Below are positions 30,950 to 41,724 of a stretch of 64,000 nt of DNA, piece by piece. The notes under the pieces are model-generated. The model made no database searches, was not told the DNA's origin, and saw only the letters and a program-made list of their open reading frames with translations. Source of the stretch: Actinomycetota bacterium (lineage in GTDB: Bacteria; Actinomycetota; Acidimicrobiia; Acidimicrobiales; Microtrichaceae); NCBI GenBank assembly GCA_016703525.1, contig JADJBW010000003.1, forward strand, positions 19,849 to 83,848, in the 5' to 3' direction. Within the stretch, counting starts at the first letter, position 1; each line of letters begins with the position of its first letter. The position numbers and the translations under genes were made by a program.

Positions 30950-33052
30950 TCAGCCGGCTTCGGTGTGGGCCGGATCCGGCCGAGCCGCAGGAGCGGGCGC
31001 CGCACCGCTCGATGCGGCGGCGTCGTCGGCCGGCCGGTCCGGAGCCGGGGCGGACGCCGGGCTCGGCGTGAGTGCGGCGGGTGTGCCTCCGCCACGCACC
31101 ATCTGCGTGAGCGCCGCCGCGAGCGCCTCGAACGGTCCGCCGCCGCCACCCGCCACGAGCACGTCGGGCATCACCTTCACGTCGCCGCGGGCGATCGCGT
31201 CGACGATGTTGACCGCCGCTGTTGCCGCCTCGCCGAGCGCGGCGCGTTGCGCCTCGAAGCCCTCCGCCCGGGCGAGACCCTGGGCTCGGAGGGCGTCGGC
31301 CTCACCGGAGCCGATCGAGCGGATGCGTTCGCCCTCGGCGCTGCCGAGCGCCCGGACCGCCTCGGCCTCGCCCTTGGCCTGCGCGACGCGGGCGGCCGCC
31401 TGGTTCTCCTCGATCGTGATGCCGACCTGCGAGGACGCGAGCTGCGACTGCATGTCGGCGGTGCCGCGGGCCTTCTCCATGTCGATGCGGGCGAGCTCGG
31501 CGCGCTGCTGCTCCTCGAATGTCGCCTTCTCCTGATTGGCGATCTCTCGGGTCGTCAGCACCTTGACCATCTCGTCGGGGAACTGCACATCCTGGATGTA
31601 CACGCCGCGGGTTTCGACCTGATACGAGTTGAGGTATTCGGTGATCGCCTCGAGGGCCTTGGACTGCACCTCGTGTCGGGTCTCGATGAACTTGATGGCC
31701 TCGAGTCGCTGGAGCGTGTTGCGGAAGTGGTTGCCCACGGCCGACTGCAGCACCTCGTTGACCAGGTTCATCATGGTGCCCACCATCGAGATGACCTTGG
31801 GCGCCCGCGTGTCGGGCACGTGGATCTGCACCTGCAGGTCGATGGTGAAGATGAAGCCCTCGCGGCTCTTGCCCTCGATCGGGGAGAGGTGGGCGTCGAG
31901 GTTGTGTGCCTGCGAGCTCGCGTTGGCCCAGTTGAGCGTGATGATCGACGTCGGCACGATCTCGGCGGCGTAGCAGCGCGGGTTGATCGGGTACTTGCCG
32001 GTGCGCAGCGGCTCGCGCCAGATCCCTCGGTGGCCGGGCGCCACGATCGAGCCGAACTTGAACTCCTGGCCCGAGGTGTCGATGGTCGGCAGGCCCACGA
32101 AGCTCTTGACTACGGCCACCTGACCCTGGTTGACCACGAGCATCGGCACGAGCTCGACCCGCACCAGGAACGGGTTCAGCAGGTAGGCGCCGTAGAGCAG
32201 TGGATCGTGCTGCAGGCCGATGCGTCCGCCGTGGTCGAGGAACCGTTGGAAGTCCTGGTAGTTGTTGTGCGCCGAGTTCTGGCTGGCGAGCAACTGCTCG
32301 ACAACCTCGGCATCGCTGGCCCCGGCCTGTTCGGCGGTGAGGATGTCGCCGTAGCCGCCGAGGCGGGAAGCGATGTCGCCCTTGTCGAGCGGGAGCCCCT
32401 CGAGCGCCGTCACGATGCCGACGTAGTCGGAGTTGCCCTGCGGCGCGATCACGGTGACGGAGAGCTGGGCCGGTTCCAGGCCGAACGCGCTCGGCGTGAG
32501 GCGGCCGTGCTTGGCGAGGTTCACCAGATCGGGCGTGGTCGGCATGCCGTACACGCGGTTGGGGGTGAGCACGATGAACGCGGCGGGGTGCAGGGGCAGG
32601 AGGCTGCCCGGTGTGAGGACCGGGCGCTGCACGCCCTTCTGGCCGCCGTTGGCGATGAAGTTGCGGACGTCGCTGAAGTTGCCGAGCACCTCGTTGTAGA
32701 TGGCCGACTTCGCTCCGACGGGCAGCGCCTCGCCGACCTGTGCGATCACCACGCCGATCTCGCCGGCCGGTACCTGCACCCATGGGTGCTTCGAGACGAT
32801 GAAGACCGGCCAGAGCTTGAAACGCAGGCCGGGCATGAGCAGATCGGCCTGATAGCCGGCCTCGCCGTTGAAAGCGATGATGTCGTCGTCGGAGAGACGG
32901 CGGATCGAGAATCGTTTGGTCACCAATCCGACCTCGGTCGGCCCGATGAGCACGAGCGATCGAAGAACGACAAAGGCGACGATCGCGAGTGCGATCAGAG
33001 CAATGAGCAGGGTTGTAGCCACGCGCTCAGTCAACACCCTGGGCGGGCGCAT
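30950..33052 (-). CDS. SPFH/band-7 domain protein, flotillin-like, with C-terminal EA-rich coiled coil
   Basis: N-terminal TM, SPFH core, long coiled-coil (…EEQQRAELARIDMEKARG…AKGEAEAVRALGSAEGERIRS…); start ATG vs GTG (33022) uncertain. Confidence 0.75.
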   Translation of the reverse strand: MRPPRVLTERVATTLLIALIALAIVAFVVLRSLVLIGPTEVGLVTKRFSIRRLSDDDIIAFNGEAGYQADLLMPGLRFKLWPVFIVSKHPWVQVPAGEIGVVIAQVGEALPVGAKSAIYNEVLGNFSDVRNFIANGGQKGVQRPVLTPGSLLPLHPAAFIVLTPNRVYGMPTTPDLVNLAKHGRLTPSAFGLEPAQLSVTVIAPQGNSDYVGIVTALEGLPLDKGDIASRLGGYGDILTAEQAGASDAEVVEQLLASQNSAHNNYQDFQRFLDHGGRIGLQHDPLLYGAYLLNPFLVRVELVPMLVVNQGQVAVVKSFVGLPTIDTSGQEFKFGSIVAPGHRGIWREPLRTGKYPINPRCYAAEIVPTSIITLNWANASSQAHNLDAHLSPIEGKSREGFIFTIDLQVQIHVPDTRAPKVISMVGTMMNLVNEVLQSAVGNHFRNTLQRLEAIKFIETRHEVQSKALEAITEYLNSYQVETRGVYIQDVQFPDEMVKVLTTREIANQEKATFEEQQRAELARIDMEKARGTADMQSQLASSQVGITIEENQAAARVAQAKGEAEAVRALGSAEGERIRSIGSGEADALRAQGLARAEGFEAQRAALGEAATAAVNIVDAIARGDVKVMPDVLVAGGGGGPFEALAAALTQMVRGGGTPAALTPSPASAPAPDRPADDAAASSGAAPAPAARPDPAHTEAG

Positions 33053-33148
33053 TGCACTGATTTGGCGATTCGACCTCGGCCCGCCGGGCCGCCGCCGATT
33101 CCCCGTCGCGACGGCCTTTCGACACCGCGTCGCTCGTACACTCGGCGC

Positions 33149-33574
33149 ATGTCCGACGAGAAGCTGAAGCCCGTTGCCGCAACCGACGAGGAGTGGCGAT
33201 CGCGGCTCACCCCCGAGCAGTTCCAGGTGTTGCGCGAGGCAGGAACCGAACGTGCCTTCGCCGGAGCGCTCGTCGACACCGAAGACGACGGCATGTACCG
33301 CTGTGCAGCGTGCGGCCAGCCGCTGTTCGACTCCTCGACCAAGTTCCACAGCGGTTCGGGATGGCCGAGCTTCACCTCGGCGATCGGCGACGATTCGGTG
33401 TCGCTGGTGCGAGACGTCTCGCACGGCATGGTCCGCACCGAGGTCCGCTGCGGTCGGTGCGACTCGCACCTGGGCCACGTGTTCGACGACGGCCCGCGAG
33501 CCGCGGGCGGGCTGCGGTATTGCATGAACAGCGTCGCCCTCGACCTCGACGCCGAGGCGCAGTCCGGCGACTGA
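33149..33574 (+). CDS. msrB: peptide-methionine (R)-S-oxide reductase MsrB
   Basis: two CxxC zinc motifs (CAACGQPLF, CGRCDSHLGHVF), catalytic RYCMNS. Confidence 0.9.
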   Translation: MSDEKLKPVAATDEEWRSRLTPEQFQVLREAGTERAFAGALVDTEDDGMYRCAACGQPLFDSSTKFHSGSGWPSFTSAIGDDSVSLVRDVSHGMVRTEVRCGRCDSHLGHVFDDGPRAAGGLRYCMNSVALDLDAEAQSGD

Positions 33575-33638
33575 AGGCCGCTTCCGGGCGCGCGGCGGGG
33601 CGGCGCGGCCCCGGCCCGCGGTTCGGCTCCGGTTCGGT

Positions 33639-33682
33639 AATCCAGGCTCAGCGGTGCATATGTGCACCGCTGAGCATGGATT
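33639..33682. terminator. near-perfect 20-bp inverted repeat with 4-nt loop (AATCCAGGCTCAGCGGTGCA tatg TGCACCGCTGAGCATGGATT)
   Basis: 19/20 complementary arms read directly; 65 bp downstream of msrB stop and immediately abutting the poly-G block. Confidence 0.45.
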
Positions 33683-34520
<838 letters not shown>

Positions 34521-34559
34521 CGCCCGCACGATGGTTACCAGCCGCGGGCGACCCATTGT

Positions 34560-35156
34560 CGAGGCCGGGCCGCTCGGCGGCGATGGTCGTGTCGGTGCCG
34601 TGCCCTGGCATCACGATGGTGTCGGCATCGAGGGACGCGAACAGCCGTCGCTCGATCGACTCGATGATCGTCGCGAAGTCGCCCCCGGGGAACTTCGTGG
34701 CACCGGGCCCTCCGGGGAACAGGGTGTCGCCGCTGAACAGCAGCGGCTTGCCTTCGACCCGGAAGCACATGGACCCCGGCGTGTGCCCCGGCGTGTGGAT
34801 CGTGCGGAGGCGGAGGCGACCCACCTCGATCACGGTGTCGTGCTCGATCACCTCGTCGTAGGCGGGCAGGTCCGCCGCGTCTTCGGCCGTTACGCCCACC
34901 GAGTAGCCGGCGTCGCGCATCTCGGGGATCGCCTGGATGTGGTCCCAGTGACCGTGCGCGTCCCGAGCACGCGGCGCACGCCGAGTCGGCTCGCGAGCGC
35001 GAGGAGCTTGTCGTGCTCGTTCGCCGCGTCGATCAGCACGGCCTCGCCGGTGGCCCGGCAGCGCAGCACGAACACGTTGTTGTCGACGGGCCCGACGACG
35101 AGGCGGTGGATCTCCAGGTCGGTGTCGGCATGGTGCAGCGTGTCCATGCCGGTCAT
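34560..35156 (-). CDS. MBL-fold hydrolase (hydroxyacylglutathione hydrolase-like), frameshift at ~34940 and 3' end running into G-rich block
   Basis: expected THxHxDH motif is split by the frameshift near 34940 (translates as …LGTRTVTGTTS… in the ORF track); downstream motifs read …TPGHTPGSMCF…GDTLFPGGPG…MPGHG…; 5' 70 aa in a different frame; no stop before 34520. Confidence 0.65.
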
Positions 35157-35189
35157 CCTCGCGCCGTGGGCGCCCTCTAGGCTCGGCGC

Positions 35190-35663
35190 ATGAACGCGAA
35201 CCTCTACAACCTCCTGCTGGCGATCCACATCATCGCCGTCGCGCTGTGGCTGGGCGCCAACTTCTCGATGGGCGTTGCCGCGAACCGGTCGGTGGGCGCG
35301 TCGAACGAGATCAACGCGTGGTGGGCGGGCGTCCAGGGCCTGATGGGCCGCACCATGAAGAACGCGGCGTTCGCGCTGCTGTTGCTCACCGGCATCGCCA
35401 TGGTTCTCGGGAGCAACGAGTCGATGAAGTTCAGCGCCCCGTTCGTGTCGATCGGGTTCCTGGTGGTGATCGTCGGTGGTGCGCTCGGCGGCATGGTGTT
35501 CGCTCCGGGGGCCCGCAAGGCCGCCGAGTCGTTCCAGTCGGGCGACGCGGCGGGCGGCAAGGCGCAGGTCGACAAGATGGGCATGATCGGCATGGCCGAG
35601 TCGCTGGCCGTGGTCGTCACGATCCTGTTCATGGTGTTCAAGTGGGGCGGTCTCGGCGGCTGA
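35190..35663 (+). CDS. hypothetical membrane protein (4 TM)
   Basis: clean 157-aa ORF with hydrophobic helices. Confidence 0.55.
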   Translation: MNANLYNLLLAIHIIAVALWLGANFSMGVAANRSVGASNEINAWWAGVQGLMGRTMKNAAFALLLLTGIAMVLGSNESMKFSAPFVSIGFLVVIVGGALGGMVFAPGARKAAESFQSGDAAGGKAQVDKMGMIGMAESLAVVVTILFMVFKWGGLGG

Positions 35664-35862
35664 GCCTCGCGGGATCAGCCGGGAAGGCGTTCGGGAAGCC
35701 CGAGCAGCGCGCGGATGTCGGCGCCGCTGAGGCGGGTGCCGATGAGCCCTGTTCTGTGGCCGGTACCTGACGATGCGTCGCAACTCGTCGCCGCAAGGTC
35801 GAGCCCCACGGGTCGTGATCGGGCCGTCGCCGGTGGCGCGCGCGGCGCGGTCCGGGCGCTGG

Positions 35863-37803
35863 TCACCCGTGTGCGCAGGGAGTCCGGACCCGGTCGATCA
35901 GCCGGTTGTCGCGCAGCGCCGGGCGAAGTCCGGCCAGCGGATGCGAGATCGACCACCGAACCAGGTGGTCGCTGTCGATGGAGCGCAGGCCGCGCAGCGC
36001 AGCGGTGTTGGCGCTCCAGGTGTTGACGAGTCGCTTGCGGGTGCGCGGGTTGGGTTCGACCAGGCGCATGTAGCGCTGCAGCAGGTGATCGGCCTCGCCC
36101 GAGGCGGCAGCCTGTGCGTCTCGTTCGGCCATGGCATCGTCCAATTCGGGCGACTTGTGCCCGTGGCTGTCCCACAAGTCGATGACGTCGCGGTACCGCT
36201 CGGTCTCGATGATGTGGTGCAGCGGGTCGGTCGGCGGAACGGGGCAGGCGCGACGCCGTGTCGCGGCGGGGGCGGGCGGCGCGAGGCGCCGGGCCGGCGG
36301 CGCGGGGCGGGTGGCGGGTGGTTGTCGGGGGCGGCGGCCCCGGCGGGTCGACGGGCGGACGCGGCACCTGGCGATGTCGCGAAGATGGCGATCGCTCGGG
36401 GCTGGCACTGGCGATGACGGCCCAGCCGAGTGGTCGGGCCGTGCCTCCGGGTCGCCGGCCGCAGCGGGGGGCGGCTCTGGCGGTTCCACGGTGGGCGCAT
36501 CGGGAAGGTTGAGGGTGATTCGGTCGTATCGGTCGAGGTCCTCGGTCGACGGCGTTGGCAGCGTGATCCGCAACTGGAACAACTTGTCGAGGAACAGCGA
36601 CCCCAGGGTTCGGCCTGGCTCGCCCAACGGAGCGTGGGCGTCGCGATGCCGGTGCTCGAACGCCTGGGAGATCCAGCGCGCATCGGCCGCGACGACGAAC
36701 ACCAACGGCTGGGCCCGCTTGTCGCGGCGCTTGGGTTGGCCCAGCGGTTCTGCGGACGGCTTCCAGGTCGGGAGCCCCGACGCCTCGGGGGCGCGAAGAA
36801 CCGTCTGCACCGCCTCGAGCAGGTCGACCACCTGGTCGGCGTCGCAGCGGTCGAGGTCGTCGATGACCCACAGAAGCGGGCCGCGCAGCTGCTGGCGCAG
36901 CCACCGGGCGTGTTCGACGATTTCGTCCATGGGGTTGGCGTCGCGGCGTTGCAGCAGCCTGGCGCCGAGCGGCGAATACCACAGGATGATCCGTGCGATC
37001 ACGAACCACGCCGCAAGCATCATGGCAGCGATCGCCGCGACGGCCTCGACCACGGTCCGAGCGGTGGTGATCGAATCGAGGGCTCGCTCGTTGGCCGGTG
37101 TGCCGGTGGAGGCGCGGGCCCCCGGGGGGGGGGGGCCCGGGGGCCCGGGGGGGGGGGGGGGGGGGGGGGGGGCGCGAGCGGCGGTCGCCGCCGCCCGCAG
37201 GGGGCAGCGGTCGCGTCGTCGCCGGCGGGGTGCGGGGGCGCTGAGGCGCCAGCCGGCGGCGAAGACCGCGAGCGCGACGGCCGCCACGAGCGCGATCGCC
37301 GCGAGCGTCGCCCAGGTCGATCGGCCGTGGCGGACCCGCGCCCAGGCTTCTCGCACCCGGAACCACCAACGCCGCGGTCCTCTGGGGGTCTGGTCGATCG
37401 CCACCTCGCGGAGCCACGACACGAGTGACCACCAGGTGGGTCCCACCTTGGCGCGGCGCCACGCGTCGTACGCAGCGTTGGGGATCACCCACTCCTGGCG
37501 TTCCTGTTGTGGTTCCGCCGCTGAATCGCCCGGTTTGGGCGACTCTCCGGCGAGGTCTTGACACACGAGATTGACGAGTGTCGTCTTGCCCGAACCCCAG
37601 GGAGCGTCCAGGACGAGCATGAAGTCGTTGTTGGTCGGCGCGGTGCCGGTGCCGACGCGACGGGTGAGCGTGTCGAGCGTGGTCGCGATCCACCCGGCCA
37701 GCGGCGTGCGCGAGCGGGTCGCGTGCGCAGGCTGGTCATCGGCCGTGGCGGCGGGCCGACGCTGACGAGCGGCGGCGAAACCCCGGGCGCGCTGGCCGGC
37801 CAT
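35863..37803 (-). CDS. KAP-family P-loop NTPase (membrane-inserted)
   Basis: Walker A in context FMLVLDAPWGSGKTTLVNLV, two TM helices inserted into the NTPase domain (WATLAAIALVAAVALAVFAAGW; AIAAMMLAAWFVIARIILWY), Walker B-like LLWVIDDLDRCD, C-terminal RLVNTWS region; contains poly-Pro from poly-C/G tract. Confidence 0.75.
   Translation of the reverse strand: MAGQRARGFAAARQRRPAATADDQPAHATRSRTPLAGWIATTLDTLTRRVGTGTAPTNNDFMLVLDAPWGSGKTTLVNLVCQDLAGESPKPGDSAAEPQQERQEWVIPNAAYDAWRRAKVGPTWWSLVSWLREVAIDQTPRGPRRWWFRVREAWARVRHGRSTWATLAAIALVAAVALAVFAAGWRLSAPAPRRRRRDRCPLRAAATAARAPPPPPPPPGPPGPPPPGARASTGTPANERALDSITTARTVVEAVAAIAAMMLAAWFVIARIILWYSPLGARLLQRRDANPMDEIVEHARWLRQQLRGPLLWVIDDLDRCDADQVVDLLEAVQTVLRAPEASGLPTWKPSAEPLGQPKRRDKRAQPLVFVVAADARWISQAFEHRHRDAHAPLGEPGRTLGSLFLDKLFQLRITLPTPSTEDLDRYDRITLNLPDAPTVEPPEPPPAAAGDPEARPDHSAGPSSPVPAPSDRHLRDIARCRVRPSTRRGRRPRQPPATRPAPPARRLAPPAPAATRRRACPVPPTDPLHHIIETERYRDVIDLWDSHGHKSPELDDAMAERDAQAAASGEADHLLQRYMRLVEPNPRTRKRLVNTWSANTAALRGLRSIDSDHLVRWSISHPLAGLRPALRDNRLIDRVRTPCAHG
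37117..37173. repeat. homopolymer tract CCC(G)12CCC(G)5CCC(G)26 inside KAP NTPase gene
   Basis: read directly; translates (minus strand) to PPPPPPPPGPPGPPPPG. Confidence 0.85.
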
Positions 37804-37993
37804 CGGGCCAGTCGTCGGGCCACGTGAGGGGGTCGGTGCGCGGGGGAACGGCCGCCGGTCGACCCCGTCGGCGAGAGCGTGACCGTCCGATCCATCCCCC
37901 CAGACCGCCAGGGTGCCGCCCTGGACCGGGCCGGCCCGGTGCCGTTCGGCGGGGCGCCACGCCACACTCGTGACCGGGGCCCCGAATTCGAGA

Positions 37994-39665
37994 CTATCGG
38001 GCCGCCCCCGCGCCCGGTAGGCCGGTGTTCCATACCCGCACCGTCTTGTCGTTGCTGCCGGACACGATGTGGGTGCCGTCACCGTTGAACCCGACGGACA
38101 ACACCGAGTCGGTGTGGCCGTGGAGACGGTGGAGTTGCTTGCCGCTTTCGGCGTCCCACACCCGCACCGGCCGCGCCGCCGGACACGATCGGGTGCCGTC
38201 AGCTGAACCCGACGGACAACACCGAGCGGTGCGGCCGTCGAGACGGTGGAGTTGTGCCGGTGTCGGCGTCCCATACCCGCACCGTCCACGTCGCTGCCGG
38301 ACACGATGCGGGTGCCGCACGTTGTCCCCACCGACCACACCAGCCGGTGTGGCCGTCGAGTGGCGGAGTTGCGGCCGGTGTCGGCATCCCACACCCGCAC
38401 CGCCGTCGCCGCTGCCGGACACGATGGGGTGCCGTCACCGTTGAACCCGACCGACCACACCCGGCCGGTGTGGCCGTCGAGGGTGGACCCGGCGGCCGGG
38501 GGGCGTCCCACACCCGCACGCGTTCTCGCCGCCGGACACGATGCGGGTGCCGTCACCGCTGAACCCGACCGACCACACCAGCCGGTGTGGCCGTCGAGTG
38601 GCGGAGCTGGGGCCGTGTCGGCGTCCACACCGCACCGTCCGATCGTCGCCGCCCGACACGATGCGGGTGCCGTCACCGTTGTACCCGACCGACCACACCC
38701 AGCCGGTGTGGCCGTCGAGTCGGTGGGCCACTTGCCGGCGTCCCACACCCGCACCGTCCCGTCGTCGCTGCCGGACACGATGCGGGTGCCGTCACCACTG
38801 CACCCGACCGACCACACCGAGCCGGTGTGGCCGTCGAGTGGCGGAGCTGCCGGCCGGTGTCGGCGTCCCATACCCGCACCGTCCGCCGCCGCTGCCGGAC
38901 AGGATGCGGGTGCCGTCACGGTTGAACCCGACCGACACCACCGAGCCGGTGTGGCCGTCGAGTGGCGGAGTTGTTGCCGGTGCGGCGTCCCACACCCGCA
39001 CCGTCCATCGTCGCTGCCGGACACGATGCGGGTGCCGTCACCGCCGCATCCGACCGACACCACCCGGCGGTGTGGCCGTCGAGTGGGTGGAGCTGCTTGC
39101 CGGTGTGGGCGTCCCACACCCGCACCTTCCTCGTCGCTGCCGGACACGATGCGGGTGCCGTCACCGCTGTATCCGACCGACAACACCGCGCCGGTGTGGC
39201 CGTCGAGTGGGTGGAGTCGCTGCCGGTGTCGGCATCCCACACCCGCACTGCCCAATCGTCGCCGCCGGACACGATGCGGGTGCCGTCACGGCTGCACCCG
39301 ACCGACCGCCACCCGGCCGGTGTGGCCGTCGAGGCGGTGGAGTTGTTCGCCGGTGTCGGCGTCCCACACCCGCACCGTCCAATCGTCGCTGCCCGACGCG
39401 ATGCGGGTGCCGTCCGTTGAACCCCACCGAGCGCACCCAGCCGGTGTGGCCGTCGAGCGTGGTCGCGACGTGCTGCAGCGGCGCATCCGCGTTGCGGATC
39501 AGGATTCGCCCATCGGAGTGGCCGGACGCGAGCATGGCGAAGGGACCCGTCCCGCCATCGCTCCACGCCACACACAGGGGAACGCCCGCGGCGAACGGCA
39601 CGGCGTCGAGCGGGCTGTCGTCGAGCGGTGTCGCCATCGGTGACGGGCGTGTCCCTTCTTCCGCC
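37994..39665 (-). CDS. WD40-repeat protein (~12-14 blades) encoded by near-identical tandem units; multiple frame disruptions
   Basis: recurrent LDGHTGxVxSVGFNGDGTRIVSGSDDxTVRVWDAxTG units across all three frames; first blade (…AVPFAAGVPLCVAWSDGG…ASGHSDGRILIRN…) and last blade (…VRVWNTGLPGAGAAR*) intact. Confidence 0.7.
38020..39400. repeat. tandem DNA repeat array, ~120-126-bp unit x ~12 (WD40 coding repeats with high internal identity)
   Basis: motif GTCCCACACCCGCACCG recurs at ~38028, 38146, 38263, 38383, 38500, 38622, 38741, 38864, 38985, 39110, 39232, 39358. Confidence 0.85.
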
Positions 39666-39717
39666 ATCGAGCGCCAGCGCCGACCGTAGCGCGGCCACGG
39701 CGGCGGGGGCCGGGCCG

Positions 39718-40331
39718 TCAGGCGATGGGCGACAGCACCTCGAAGCCCAGGGCCAGCGCGACGGGGATGTGGGTGGGGTCGAGCGTGGCGCACCGAACCG
39801 ACGCGGCAGGCGGTCGGCGGCGGCCATGACGAGGGCGTCGACGGTGCGCAGCGGGTCTGCCGGCCGAGTTCGGCGGCGCGGTCCAGGCAGCGCGGCGTCG
39901 ACCGGCACGACCGCGATGCACTCCCAGTCGTCGCGCACGCACGCCCGAAGGTGAGCGGCGCGGTCGGGGTCGTCGCCGATGCGGTCGACGACCATCAGCG
40001 CCTCGGTCAACGCGCTGGCGCTGGCGCACCACTCCGCATCGGCGGCCATCGCCTCCACCAGCACCGGTCGGAACGGCACATCGAGGTAGCGGGCCAACAA
40101 CGCGGGGGCGCGCGCGGTCGATCCATGATCGTCATCGGCCGCGGACGTCGCGCAGCATCTGGTCGACCGAAGGCCGGCCCACACCGGCATGGTGAACGTG
40201 GGTTGCGGTCGGTCGGGTCGGCGCGGTGGCACCACCAGGCCGCGAGCGACCAGGTCGTCGAGGGTCATTGGCCGGCGGGCGCCTCGATCGGGCCGGATCT
40301 GCGCGACCGGCGTGCCGTCCGGGTCAACCAC
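39718..40331 (-). CDS. hypothetical protein upstream of WD40 gene (possible frameshift near 39790)
   Basis: GTG-initiated ORF (…LDVPFRPVLVEAMAADAEWCASASALTEALMVVDRIGDDPDRAAHLRACVRDDWECIAVVPV…); C-terminus (…LDPTHIPVALALGFEVLSPIA*) in another frame. Confidence 0.35.
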
Positions 40332-40535
40332 GATGGTTCGCCCTGCGCCGCACGCTGGACGAGTCCGCGGCCCGGCTCACGCCCCAGCGTTCGGTCACGA
40401 ATCCTGCTCGACCATGCGTACGCGAGCGAACCAACTGGCTGGCGCGGCGCGGGATCGTTGGCAACTGCCGGTCCACCCGCTGCACCGGCTTGACCCGGCA
40501 CGCCACCGGCCAACTCCACAACGAAGCTGACACCC

Positions 40536-41651
40536 ATGAACTTTGCGTTTTCGGAAGAACAGGAAGAGCTGCGCAAGGTCGTTCGGGATTTCCTGAACGC
40601 CAAGAGCAGCGAGGCGACCGTGCGTGAGCTCATGGAGACCGACGACGGCTACGACGCCGCGGTGTGGTCCCAGATGGGCGAGCAGATGGGCCTGCAGGGC
40701 CTGATCATCCCCGAGGAGTTCGGTGGTTCGGGCTACAGCTACGTCGAGCTGATCGTGGTGCTCGAGGAGATGGGCCGCCGCCTGCTGTGCGCCCCCTACT
40801 TCTCGACCGTGGCGCTCGCCGCCAACACGCTGATGCACTCCGGTGACGATGCGGCCAAGGCGGCGTACCTGCCGGGCATCGCCTCGGGCGAGACGATCGC
40901 GACGCTCGCGTTCACCGAGGCCAACGGCCGGTGGGACGAGGCCGGCATCACCGTGGAGGCCTCGGGTGCCGGCGACTCGTGGACGATCTCGGGCGAGAAG
41001 ATGTACGTGCTCGACGGCCACATCGCGTCGCTCATCCTGGTGGCGGCCCGCACCGCCGGCGGCGTGTCGCTGTTCGCTGTCGACGGCTCGGCCGCGGGCG
41101 TGACCCGCGAGCTCCTCTCGACGATGGACCAGACGCGCAAGCAGGCCCGCGTCACGTTCGACTCGACCCCGGCCACGCTCATCGGTGCCGAGGGCGGTGG
41201 TTGGGACGTGCTCAGCCGGGTGCTCGACCTCGCCGCGGTCGCCCTCGCCGCCGAGCAGGTCGGCGGCGCGCAGGAGTGCCTGGAGATGGCCGTGCAGTAC
41301 GCCAAGGATCGCGTGCAGTTCGGCCGGCCGATCGGCTCGTTCCAGGCGATCAAGCACAAGTGCGCCGACATGCTGCTCGAGGTCGAGTCGGCCAAGTCGG
41401 CGGCGTACTACGCGGGCTGGTGCGCGGCGGAGCTGAACGACGAGCTGCCGTCGGTGGCGTGCCTCGCCAAGAGCTACTGCTCGGAGGCGTACTTCCACAC
41501 CACCGCCGAGAACATCCAGATCCACGGCGGCATCGGTTTCACCTGGGAGCACCCCGCGCACCTGTACTTCAAGCGTGCGAAGAGCTCGGAGCTGCTGTTC
41601 GGCGACCCGACCTATCACCGCGAGCTGCTGGCGCAGCGAATCGGTCTGTGA
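40536..41651 (+). CDS. acyl-CoA dehydrogenase family protein
   Basis: ACAD domains (…FGGSGYSYVEL…, …QIHGGIGFTWEHPAHLYFKRAK…). Confidence 0.85.
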   Translation: MNFAFSEEQEELRKVVRDFLNAKSSEATVRELMETDDGYDAAVWSQMGEQMGLQGLIIPEEFGGSGYSYVELIVVLEEMGRRLLCAPYFSTVALAANTLMHSGDDAAKAAYLPGIASGETIATLAFTEANGRWDEAGITVEASGAGDSWTISGEKMYVLDGHIASLILVAARTAGGVSLFAVDGSAAGVTRELLSTMDQTRKQARVTFDSTPATLIGAEGGGWDVLSRVLDLAAVALAAEQVGGAQECLEMAVQYAKDRVQFGRPIGSFQAIKHKCADMLLEVESAKSAAYYAGWCAAELNDELPSVACLAKSYCSEAYFHTTAENIQIHGGIGFTWEHPAHLYFKRAKSSELLFGDPTYHRELLAQRIGL

Positions 41652-41724
41652 CGCACGCGGGGCGTGCCGGCCGACCCGGAAGGGCGGTCGGTTCGCCCCG
41701 TTGCGCGTCCGGGTTCGGCCGCGC

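Noticed and set aside
35675-37693. 672-aa minus-strand ORF overlapping the KAP NTPase in another frame
   Set aside because: It is an Arg-rich alternative frame of the KAP gene with no conserved motifs.
38020-39400. Regular ~120-bp tandem repeats considered as a possible CRISPR array
   Set aside because: The units are contiguous coding WD40 blades without repeat-spacer alternation. Unit length and content do not fit CRISPR, and no cas genes are nearby.
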